Below, one piece after another: positions 8,864-17,932 of a DNA stretch of 64,000 bases; within the stretch, counting starts at the first letter, position 1, and every line of letters starts with the position of its first letter. The stretch is from a virus, in the IMG/VR virus record IMGVR_UViG_3300046170_000524; one strand, given 5' to 3'. The notes under the pieces are model-generated. The model saw only the letters and a list, made by a program, of their open reading frames with translations. It ran no database searches and had not been told where the DNA came from. The position numbers and the translations under genes are program-made.

Positions 8864-11659
8864 ATGAAAAATTTCTCCGCAAAAACCGCAAACTTCCAAA
8901 ATTTAAAAGTTAAAGATGCTAATGTCATATCTGAGGTTAATCTTGGTACAGCTCCAAATCAAATACCATTGAACAAAGATTTAGGGTCGTTAGCTTATCA
9001 GGACGCGGTGAATCTTGATGATGTTAGCGCCGATATGGTTGAGTTGCGTGCAATTGCTGCTGAGATTAGCGATAGCGCAGTGGATGTGTTTGTGTATGAT
9101 ACTAGCCGTGATAGTGATGGTGGAAAGTGGCGCGAGCGTACACAACATACCAGTTGGTACAATGAAGAATTGAATACCGCGACTAGAGGTGCTCGCCGCG
9201 AATTTCCAGCAGTGGCAGTGATTGTGGCGGAAGTAAACAAGGTAACTATTTATGATGGTGATGATCCAGATATGGGCATGTGGATGGTATTTGAGGTAGA
9301 TGTTTCTCAAGGATTTAACATCCTTGCTTCTGGCTCTGATTTGGTTCTCAGTGTTGAATTTTTAAATGGAATTATTTGTGTAGGTATGGACTCAGGAGGA
9401 TTAGTTTCATGTAATTTTATTAGTGAGTCAATTAGGTATTATCGCTTAATCGAAAGTTCGTTTACAGGAGGTTATTATCAGGGGGTTATCGCTGATAGGA
9501 ATTCGCATAAAGGGTATCGGGGTAATTATAATGAAACTGCTCTTATTAACGATAACGTAAACGACGTCGCCATGACCGTACTACCAAATGCACCAATTGA
9601 TGAAAATACTGGTTTACCGGTGCCCACAATTGCTGTGGCCACCGATGGTGGTGTGAGTGTGATAAAGGATGATGGTAGTGTGGTTGATATTGTTTATACA
9701 AATCAAACTATAGAAAGTTTATGGTTAAAACAAAATCGTATTTGGATTGCTCCAGGAAATGGAAGCTTGATTGTTGGCGATATACCTAATACAGACAAAT
9801 CATCTGGCACGGCAAGCGGACTATCCTCTTTGATAAACGGATGGAATGCATTTGCTAATACAAATGAAACATTGTCAACACTTGGTTCAACAAATACTTT
9901 AACTCATGGAGGGGTATTTGGTTCAGATCAAGGGTTAAATTTAATTTATGAGGAAAAAAGTAACCCAGCAAGCTCATTGGTTGCATATACCACCTCCAAA
10001 TACAACACCGGTTGGATGCCCGGTGACATCAAGCTTGCTGCATTGAGTGACACAACAGTGGAAACAATTGGAACAGATAGTAGTGAATTGGTAACGAATG
10101 GCGATTTTTCAACAGATAGTGATTGGGAAAAGGGAACTGGATGGAGTATTTCCGGAGGAGTTGCATCTTGTGATGGTACTAATTATGCAACTTTAATTCA
10201 AGATAATGTGTTTTCTGTTTTTGGGGTTAAATATGTTATAACGTTTACTGTTTCATCATATACTAGTGGAGATATTGAGGCAAGGTGGTATGATACTGAT
10301 TGGCGAACAATAGGTAGTGCAGTTTCTGGAGATGGCACTTATACTTTTACTTTTACTTTAGGCGAAAATAGTAATGGCTCATTGACTTTTAGGTCAGGTT
10401 CGTTCGATGGATCTATCGACAACATGAGTGTTCGCGCCACAACAGAACTAATAACAAATGGCGATTTTTCAAATGGAGATGATGGTAGTTGGACTGACTA
10501 TAGTGCCGCAAATCTAACAACCAGTGAAATATCTATAGAGCAGTCTTATTTAGGGAATAATAGCTGGAAGTTTGTTTCATCACTTGCAAATTCTGGAATA
10601 AGTCAGAGCCACGGAGTTTACACTGAAAAGGGAAAAACATATACATTATCTGGTTATGTTTATAGTAGCACAGGAAAGCTTTGGTTAAGATGGAGAAATG
10701 GAAATGATGGTGGTTATATTGTGGATAATTATGAGCTTGTTTCTGGCACTCCAAACACTTGGCTTGCGTTTTCAGTTACCGCCAAAGAAACTAGTAGTGG
10801 TTCGTTAGGTGGAATTAGACTTGTCGCGAATGCAGCTGGAACATTTTATGTTGACGGATTGAGCATTCGTCCCGCCGAGGAAGATCGATCTGTTAATGAC
10901 AATGGTTTGCAAATCGTTGGCGAAATACAAAAAACACCTGTTGCGCCCGGCGCGGATCTTGTGGCATACAGTGGATTCAGCGCGAACGATTATTTGGTTC
11001 AGCCATATAATGCGGATCTTGATTTTGGCACAGGGGATTTTTGTGTGATGGGGTGGTTTAAACAATCACCAACCACAAATTTTCATAATTATCTTTCCCG
11101 AGGAGGTCGTATAAATGTGTACGTTGATGCAGCCACGTCCCTATTGAATTTTAGAGTGACTGATGGCACGATTTTTATGAATTGTTTGTCTACTAGTGTT
11201 ATTGATAATGATACATGGACATTTTTTGTTGGAGTTAAATCTGATGGAACAACATACAACTATATCAATGGAAAACTGGAGCAAACAGCTAATTATAGAC
11301 AAGTTGGTTCTTTAGATGGTGAATTTATAACTCATATCGGACGTTCTCATGATCCTAGTGATCCTAGACCTGCTGATACATTGGCTCTCTGGCGCATCTC
11401 TGCCACTGCTCCAACACCCGAACAAATTGCCAAAATCTACCGCGATGAAAAACCATTATTTCAACAAGGCGCGCAGGCCACACTATATGGCACAAGCGAT
11501 GCCGTGACTGCACTTGCATACGATCAAAAAACCGAACTATTACATGTTGGCACAGCCAGTGGTCGCAGCGACTTTTCTGGATTACGCAGAATCAACAACA
11601 CAACAACCGCCATCACCACATCAATCAGCGCCCATAACAATCTAATCGCAGAACAATGA
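8864..11659 (+). CDS. Tail fibre/adhesin paralog C: beta-propeller-like region, 2 CBM-like domains, LamG-like domain
   Basis: 931-aa ORF collinear with A and B; nucleotide mosaic of A-like and B-like tracts. Confidence 0.75.
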   Translation: MKNFSAKTANFQNLKVKDANVISEVNLGTAPNQIPLNKDLGSLAYQDAVNLDDVSADMVELRAIAAEISDSAVDVFVYDTSRDSDGGKWRERTQHTSWYNEELNTATRGARREFPAVAVIVAEVNKVTIYDGDDPDMGMWMVFEVDVSQGFNILASGSDLVLSVEFLNGIICVGMDSGGLVSCNFISESIRYYRLIESSFTGGYYQGVIADRNSHKGYRGNYNETALINDNVNDVAMTVLPNAPIDENTGLPVPTIAVATDGGVSVIKDDGSVVDIVYTNQTIESLWLKQNRIWIAPGNGSLIVGDIPNTDKSSGTASGLSSLINGWNAFANTNETLSTLGSTNTLTHGGVFGSDQGLNLIYEEKSNPASSLVAYTTSKYNTGWMPGDIKLAALSDTTVETIGTDSSELVTNGDFSTDSDWEKGTGWSISGGVASCDGTNYATLIQDNVFSVFGVKYVITFTVSSYTSGDIEARWYDTDWRTIGSAVSGDGTYTFTFTLGENSNGSLTFRSGSFDGSIDNMSVRATTELITNGDFSNGDDGSWTDYSAANLTTSEISIEQSYLGNNSWKFVSSLANSGISQSHGVYTEKGKTYTLSGYVYSSTGKLWLRWRNGNDGGYIVDNYELVSGTPNTWLAFSVTAKETSSGSLGGIRLVANAAGTFYVDGLSIRPAEEDRSVNDNGLQIVGEIQKTPVAPGADLVAYSGFSANDYLVQPYNADLDFGTGDFCVMGWFKQSPTTNFHNYLSRGGRINVYVDAATSLLNFRVTDGTIFMNCLSTSVIDNDTWTFFVGVKSDGTTYNYINGKLEQTANYRQVGSLDGEFITHIGRSHDPSDPRPADTLALWRISATAPTPEQIAKIYRDEKPLFQQGAQATLYGTSDAVTALAYDQKTELLHVGTASGRSDFSGLRRINNTTTAITTSISAHNNLIAEQ

Positions 11660-12873
11660 CAGTAAGAATAAATAAACAAAAAATAAATCTCCGCGAAAAA
11701 CTCGCTGGGGTAGAAGAAAAGGTAAACTTTGAAGAGGTTATTCGCGGCCTTGGAGAGTACGATGGGAATGTAGGTATTGGTACTACGAATCCTAGTAGTA
11801 TGTTACATATATCAGGCGCATCTCCTGTTATAACATTAACCGATACGAATACAAATGCTGATAGTAGTATTTCGGCAGATTCAGGCAAGGGGAGCTTGTT
11901 TATAAATGCGGATATTAATAACGAGGTAACTGATTCAGCTATATTGTTGAACGTAGACGGAGCCGAAAAAATGCGCGTCGACTCTAACGGCAATGTCGGT
12001 ATTGGTACTACGAGTCCTAATATTAGCCAAGGAGCCCTAGGAAGTACTATCTTAACTATTTCCGCGAGCGCTAGTGATAATACTAATAAATCGAGTGTTT
12101 TAGAGTTTAGAGGCACTAGAAACTCTGATGATCTTGTCGTATCATATATTCGGTCATTTAATAATTCAGGGACTAGACCAATCACTGATATTCAATCAAT
12201 CAGGGGGGCAGATGATGAGGGGAAATTATTGTTTCGTACAAGTGACCAAGATGCGATGTTCATCGACTCCGACGGCAACGTAGGTATTGGTACTACGAGT
12301 CCTGGTGTGAAGTTAGACGTTCGTGGTGGAGATGATACTTATGTTGCTAAATTTACTTCAACCTATACAGATCCAGGATCTGCTAACTATAAGGGAATAA
12401 AAATTCAAGCAGGCATGGGTAACTCAGGTACAGCTGGAAATAATAAATGGATAGAGTTTTATAATGGTAACGGTTCCACTCTTATAGGTGGTATACAAAA
12501 TACCAGTAATACAACCGTTGCATTTTTTAGTGGATCTGATCGTAGGATCAAAAAAAATATCAATGATACCTCAATCAAGGGCATTGATTCAATTAAAGCT
12601 TTAAAATTGAGAAGTTGGGATTGGAATTCAACAGAGCCAATGACTTCTGTTGATATTGGTCTTGTTGCTGACGAACTTGAAGAGGTTTATCCAGAATTGA
12701 TATCTAGGCAAAAAATAGACGGCTGGGAACATTGCATTGGTGAAGGGGAAGAAGATTTAAAAACGATTCCAACTGAATCTAAAATTACTCTTACTTTGAT
12801 AAAAGCCGTCCAAGAACAACAACAAATAATCGAAGACTTGAAATCCAGACTTGAAACTCTCGAGCAACAATAA
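11656..12873 (+). CDS. Tail fibre protein E with 3 GNVGIGT modules and peptidase S74 chaperone
   Basis: GSDRRIKKNI...IGLVADELEEVYPELI...LIKAVQEQQQIIEDLKSRLETLE. Its 5' end matches gene D (66 nt with 2 mismatches: 6352-6417 vs 11719-11784). Confidence 0.85.
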   Translation: MTVRINKQKINLREKLAGVEEKVNFEEVIRGLGEYDGNVGIGTTNPSSMLHISGASPVITLTDTNTNADSSISADSGKGSLFINADINNEVTDSAILLNVDGAEKMRVDSNGNVGIGTTSPNISQGALGSTILTISASASDNTNKSSVLEFRGTRNSDDLVVSYIRSFNNSGTRPITDIQSIRGADDEGKLLFRTSDQDAMFIDSDGNVGIGTTSPGVKLDVRGGDDTYVAKFTSTYTDPGSANYKGIKIQAGMGNSGTAGNNKWIEFYNGNGSTLIGGIQNTSNTTVAFFSGSDRRIKKNINDTSIKGIDSIKALKLRSWDWNSTEPMTSVDIGLVADELEEVYPELISRQKIDGWEHCIGEGEEDLKTIPTESKITLTLIKAVQEQQQIIEDLKSRLETLEQQ

Positions 12874-12876
12874 AAA

Positions 12877-14736
12877 ATGAACTATCCACAAATCAAACCA
12901 AGTTTAAACCTCGATTTCTCAAACACGAAAACGCTCGATCCGCGCATCAATTTTCGCCGCGGCACACCTGGCGCATATTATGATGGAAAAACATATGCAA
13001 AAGCAGAAGAGAATTTAATTAGTCATAGTGAGGATTTTAGTCAAGCTGGAACCTCTTTTGGGGATTGGGACTCAAGAAATGTTAATACAACAACTGACAG
13101 TACAGATGAATTTTTAGCTCCAAATGGAGAGCAAACTGCATGGAAGTTATCAGATTCAACTTCAAATAGTTCGAACCATTCTCTGTTTCAACTAACATAT
13201 GTGACCGATTCATCACAAGAAGTGATTACTAGTTCTATTTTTGCGAAAGCTGGCGACTCAAATAGATATCTACAGCTTTTATTTGGTGTCGATGATACTG
13301 ATTATGGGCTTCCTTTTGCTAATTTTGATTTATTTGAAGGAACAATCACTAGAAATGAAAAAACAATAAATGCTTCAATGACGGATGCTGGTAATGGTTG
13401 GTATAGGTGTTCTATTACTATTTTTACAACAACAATTTCTGGAACGTCGATAAATCCTGTGTTTTACATGATTGATGATCCGCTGGCAAATAGAGATCAA
13501 CATTATGTTGGAGATGGATCTTCTGGTTTGTACATCTGGGGCGCGCAGCTTGAACAACGCGATGCAGCCACAGCATACACACCCACAAATGGTGCCCCCG
13601 TAACAAAATATCAACCACAACTAATGTTCGCCTCGCCAGATCAACCGCGATTTGATCATGATGTGTTGACTGGTGAAAGCAAAGGATTGTTGATTGAAGA
13701 AAGTAGAACAAATTTGATTGAATATAGTCAAGATTTTGATAATGTGGCTTGGACAGAGTCGCGTTCGTTTTTTTCTCTAAATAAAATAATCGCGCCTGAC
13801 GGAACATTAACTGGTAGAGAGTTCATCGAAAATACAGAGTTGGGTGGTCATTATGTTCGTTCTACATTTTCAGTACAAAGTGGTAATTTAACCTTTTCTG
13901 TGTACGCGAAAAAAGCAAACGGATCACGTTATATACAATTAAGACCTTATGGACTTGGAAATGGAATAGCATATGCAAATTTTGATGTAACCAATGGTGT
14001 TGTTGTTGAGAATGGAACAGGAGGGTCGGAATTTGTTTCTGCTAAAATTATTGATGTTGGAAATGGATGGTATCGCTGTATCATGACTGCAAATTATTCG
14101 ACATCACCTACAGGTGCATTATTTGGATTGTCTAATACCGCAGTAGAAATTCCTTATATTACTGGTGATAATTACAGCGGAATTTATATCTGGGGTGCAC
14201 AAGTAGAGGCAGGTTCTTTTGCATCCAGCTACATCAAAACATCAGGCGCGAGTGCCACACGAAGCGCCGATGATGCCAGCATAACAGGTGAAAATTTTAG
14301 TAGTTGGTATAGACAAGATGAGGGTAGTATTTATAGTGAGGCAAGTACGTCTGATTTTCGTAGTTCTTATCCTAGGTTTATGATTAATGACGGAACTGCT
14401 AATAATAGAATTGTAACATCTTTTTTTGGTCAACAAGGATTGCGCGTTCAAAGTAATGGTAATGATTATATTAATGTAAGTAATGCAGTTTCTTCAGATA
14501 ATCGAAATTATCATAAGAGAGCAATTGCTTTAAAAAAAGATTCCTTTTCTTTTTATACTGGTGGAGAAAGTATATTGAGTGATTCCGCGGGTGAAATGCC
14601 AATAAGCGTTAATACTTTTGCTTTTTATAATAATCTTGCGGCAGATGGAGCGGATTACTTGAATGGCCATATCAAAAAACTATCCTACTACCCCCAACGC
14701 CTAACAAACGAACAATTACAACAACTCACAAAATGA
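12877..14736 (+). CDS. Tail fibre-associated protein with two CBM-like repeats and a C-terminal LamG-like domain
   Basis: Duplicated ENLI.YS.DF...DAGNGWYRC...GIYIWGAQ.E module; ends NGHIKKLSYYPQRLTNEQLQQLT, a typical LamG-like terminus in phage proteins. Confidence 0.7.
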   Translation: MNYPQIKPSLNLDFSNTKTLDPRINFRRGTPGAYYDGKTYAKAEENLISHSEDFSQAGTSFGDWDSRNVNTTTDSTDEFLAPNGEQTAWKLSDSTSNSSNHSLFQLTYVTDSSQEVITSSIFAKAGDSNRYLQLLFGVDDTDYGLPFANFDLFEGTITRNEKTINASMTDAGNGWYRCSITIFTTTISGTSINPVFYMIDDPLANRDQHYVGDGSSGLYIWGAQLEQRDAATAYTPTNGAPVTKYQPQLMFASPDQPRFDHDVLTGESKGLLIEESRTNLIEYSQDFDNVAWTESRSFFSLNKIIAPDGTLTGREFIENTELGGHYVRSTFSVQSGNLTFSVYAKKANGSRYIQLRPYGLGNGIAYANFDVTNGVVVENGTGGSEFVSAKIIDVGNGWYRCIMTANYSTSPTGALFGLSNTAVEIPYITGDNYSGIYIWGAQVEAGSFASSYIKTSGASATRSADDASITGENFSSWYRQDEGSIYSEASTSDFRSSYPRFMINDGTANNRIVTSFFGQQGLRVQSNGNDYINVSNAVSSDNRNYHKRAIALKKDSFSFYTGGESILSDSAGEMPISVNTFAFYNNLAADGADYLNGHIKKLSYYPQRLTNEQLQQLTK

Positions 14737-15701
14737 TCTACTATTTAAAAACCGCGAATCGAGAAGAATTATATGCTGCGTTAGTTTCAGCTGATACCGC
14801 ACGTGAAATCGAAAACGAAGACGGCAAAAAGGTTTATGCTTTCGTTGAAGGTGCAGAGTTTGATGAAATTGGTGATATTATTGCACCACTTAAAAAGTTT
14901 GTTCGTGATGAAAATGGTGAGATTGTTTTCGAGACCCGCGAGGAACTCGTCGCAGAGGCTGTACAAGAGGTTTTATGGACTGAAAGTGACGGACTGCCAG
15001 AGGGAGTATTAATCGGTGACATTAAGGTAGCTTACGAGCCTGCAAAGTATGAAATGCAAGAGGTTGAAGCTGAGGTTGTCGAGGAGTTGTGGGCTGAAGA
15101 AGATGAGCTTCCCGAAGGAGTAAATGTTGGTGACGTTAAAGTTGAGGGTAAACCTGCGGTCGCCGAAGAGGTTTTAATTTCAGAAGAAGTTGCTCAAGTT
15201 CTATGGACATCTAATGATGTACAATTACCAGAGGGTGCAGAACTTGGATCTGTTAAACAAGCAGCTAAACCTGCAGAATACAAAACAGTAACCACCGACC
15301 GCCCAGAAACAGAAATTGTATATGAAGAAGTTGATGGCGAAAATGTTGCTGTCACTGTACCCCTAAAGATGTTATCTCTTGGGGATATCAAAACCCCCAA
15401 AAAAGAACAAGAGCTTGAAAAAATTCTGATTCAGGAAGCAGTTGAGGAAGTGCTTTGGGAAGAGGGCGAAGAGCTTCCAGAAGGTACTGAAGTTGGCGAC
15501 GTCAAAATTGTTGGCCAAGAAGCAGTATACGAAACAAAAGTCGTACAAGCTGCTGTACCCGCAGAATATTATACTGAAGAGGAAGTCGCCGAATCGGGCG
15601 ATGCATATCATGCAAATCTTCGCGGTGTCCCTGGAGAGTTAGCAAAAGATCTACCTTGTATTTGTGCGCCAGGCAATCCAGTACGGGTTTGGTGGAGTTA
15701 A
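14733..15701 (+). CDS. Acidic protein, putative fibre assembly/partner protein with four ~33-aa internal repeats
   Basis: Ends YHANLRG...LP...PGNPVRVW, a motif of small genes that follow LamG fibre genes; repeats EVLW.E.D.LPEG...GDVK...PA.YE. Confidence 0.45.
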   Translation: MIYYLKTANREELYAALVSADTAREIENEDGKKVYAFVEGAEFDEIGDIIAPLKKFVRDENGEIVFETREELVAEAVQEVLWTESDGLPEGVLIGDIKVAYEPAKYEMQEVEAEVVEELWAEEDELPEGVNVGDVKVEGKPAVAEEVLISEEVAQVLWTSNDVQLPEGAELGSVKQAAKPAEYKTVTTDRPETEIVYEEVDGENVAVTVPLKMLSLGDIKTPKKEQELEKILIQEAVEEVLWEEGEELPEGTEVGDVKIVGQEAVYETKVVQAAVPAEYYTEEEVAESGDAYHANLRGVPGELAKDLPCICAPGNPVRVWWS

Positions 15702-15729
15702 TTTATTTTATATAATTTACATTATAGCG

Positions 15730-15735
15730 GTGTAA
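15730..15735 (+). promoter_or_regulatory. GTGTAA motif, candidate phage late promoter
   Basis: 9 nt upstream of ATG 15745; the same motif and spacing occur at 4 other operon starts. Confidence 0.55.
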
Positions 15736-15744
15736 TTTTATTTG

Positions 15745-16821
15745 ATGAATATATTATTGACCGCCAGTTATAAGAATGGAATATTTAGTAATGGTTTACA
15801 GCAAAATATTATATTTCTTAGTGAATTATTAATTGATATAGGTTTTACTCCTATTATTGTGGTTGATCATTCTATTGATAAATGTGTTGATCCTCCGTCT
15901 AATATATTGATTGTTGAAGAGAATGAAATTGGTGATTACTGCGATAATTTGTATGCGGTGCTGCAAACAGGGTGGGTATTAAAAAAATCAACGATAGATT
16001 TAATAAAGGATCGAAATCTTTCTACTAAAAATATATATATACATTACGGAAATAGATTGCTTGCAGATATTGAGCAATCTAGTTGGAATCATACGAGATG
16101 TATCAGTGATTACAGAGTGGATGAAAATTGGGTGTCTCCTCATTATCAATTCTCTATTCCTTATTTTAAAACTTACTTTAAAACGCAAAAAGTCTTTAAA
16201 TTGCCTTATATTTGGAGTCCTAAATATATTGATATGCACGAAAAAATATGGAATAAGACGGGGAAAACTTGTTACTACTCAAAAGATAAGGAAAAAAATA
16301 TAGGAATATTTGAACCGAATTTAAATATAACAAAGCACTGCTTGCCTTCTATCATGATTGCAGAAGAATTATATTCTCAAGATCGAGGGCTATTTAATAA
16401 AGTAAATGTTTATTGTACTTCAAAATTAAGAGAAGCTAATTATTTTAAAGGTTTAATGTGGCAACTAGATTTGCAAAAAGAAGGAAGAGTTAATTTCTTG
16501 AATAGAACAATGGTGAGCAAAGCGTTGTCTCATGATGTTAGTGTATCTTTATCTAATCAATTGTTAAACGGCTTGAATTATACATACTTAGAAGCTTTAT
16601 ATTTTAATTTGCCATTAGTGCATAATTCTGAGTATATTAAAAACGCAGGATATTATTATCCTGAATATGATATTCAAAGAGGTGCTAATGCATTAAGAGG
16701 GGCGTTAGTTAATCACGAGTATCATCTAGAAGACTATAAAAAACAATCTCAAATTATTTTAAATCAATATTCACCAAAAAATCCACTTGTTATAGAAAAA
16801 TATAAAAAATTATTGTCATGA
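15745..16821 (+). CDS. DUF2827-like putative glycosyltransferase (paralog 1)
   Basis: FSNGLQQN...HYGN...WVSPH...PYIWSP...IGIFEPNLNITKHCLPSIMIAE...NQLLNGLNYTYLEALY...PLVHNS...GYYY; this pattern matches the DUF2827 GT-B-like family as recalled. Confidence 0.6.
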   Translation: MNILLTASYKNGIFSNGLQQNIIFLSELLIDIGFTPIIVVDHSIDKCVDPPSNILIVEENEIGDYCDNLYAVLQTGWVLKKSTIDLIKDRNLSTKNIYIHYGNRLLADIEQSSWNHTRCISDYRVDENWVSPHYQFSIPYFKTYFKTQKVFKLPYIWSPKYIDMHEKIWNKTGKTCYYSKDKEKNIGIFEPNLNITKHCLPSIMIAEELYSQDRGLFNKVNVYCTSKLREANYFKGLMWQLDLQKEGRVNFLNRTMVSKALSHDVSVSLSNQLLNGLNYTYLEALYFNLPLVHNSEYIKNAGYYYPEYDIQRGANALRGALVNHEYHLEDYKKQSQIILNQYSPKNPLVIEKYKKLLS

Positions 16822-17932
16822 AAATAGGAATTACACTTGATATGTCCATCGCATTTTGGGCGAATGGAATGCAGCAAAATATTGTCTTTCTTTATGATTT
16901 ATTTAAAAGAATAGGTCATGAATGTTATTACATAACTAAAGATATACCGAAAAATAAAATGCATTTAAAGCATGAAGGTATGTTAATTAAAGACCTTGTT
17001 GAAGATAAAAATGAAACGCTTGATATATTAATTATTGCTGGTTACGATATTCCTTCAGGGAATATATAAAACACTTAAGGCAGCGTAATCCAAATTTAAA
17101 AATTATCATTGCTCATTTTGGTCATAAATTATATATAGATACATATAATGTATTATTTGATGAAAGATACAAAGATTATGATATTAAATTAAATGAAAAA
17201 AATACAAATCAATATATTGATCAGGTGTGGATTTTACCTCATCACTCTTCTGGTATAGAATACATTAAAACGTACTATGGAATAGATGATGTCGTAGTCA
17301 CCCCTATGATATGGGAGCCTTCGTTTGTTCAAGATAAAATTAAAGACTTAAAGAAAAAGAATCTAAATCCATTTTTTAAACCTGAGTATGTTAATAAAGT
17401 TTGTATTTTTGAACCAAATATTAACCCCATGAAAACATGTTTTGTTCCATTAATGATTTGCGAAAGAATGGAGTCGGAATACCCGAACACTTTAAATTCT
17501 ATAAATACTTTTTGCGCAGAAAAAATAAGAAATAGAAAATATTTTGAAAATTTTGTAAAAAGATTAAACATTTTAAGTAAGAAAGATTTCTGCTTTTTTA
17601 ATAACAGGTGGGGTTCGCTTGATGCGTTAAGTAAATTTGGTAGCACAATAGTTAGTCATCAAATAGACTGGCAATTTAATTATGCAAACTTTGAGCAGCT
17701 TTATATGGGATTGCCTTTAATTCATAATTGCCCTAGCTTGTGTGATGTAGGTTACTATTACGAAAAACATGATATAAAAATGGGAGCTAATCAATTATAT
17801 AATGCTATTCTAAATCACGAAAAAACACTGAAGGAATACACCGAGCAAGCTCGCTCCCATCTGAAACAATTTAGCCCTTTTGAGGATAAAAATATAAATA
17901 CATATTCTAAATTAATAGATGACATTAAATAA
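16818..17932 (+). CDS. DUF2827-like putative glycosyltransferase (paralog 2); ORFs 16818..17069 and 17225..17932 merged
   Basis: Collinear with paralog 1 (ANGMQQN...HFGHK...WILPH...PMIWEP...IFEPNI). The frame resumes as EYIKHLRQRNPNLK after one shift at ggg 17058-17060. Confidence 0.6.

Noticed and set aside
1262-11659. G/T-rich 5' blocks and C/A-rich 3' ends of the fibre genes as complementary arms of a long-range RNA structure
   Set aside because: The compositional contrast is visible, but I could find no extended reverse-complement match between them.
758-12873. Diversity-generating retroelement (TR/VR pairs)
   Set aside because: No reverse transcriptase in the window; mismatches between paralogous blocks involve all bases rather than only adenines; all copies lie within intact CDSs.
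758-14736. Invertase-driven shufflon or tail-fibre switch
   Set aside because: All repeats are direct, all genes are complete and on one strand, and no serine or tyrosine recombinase motif is seen in the window.
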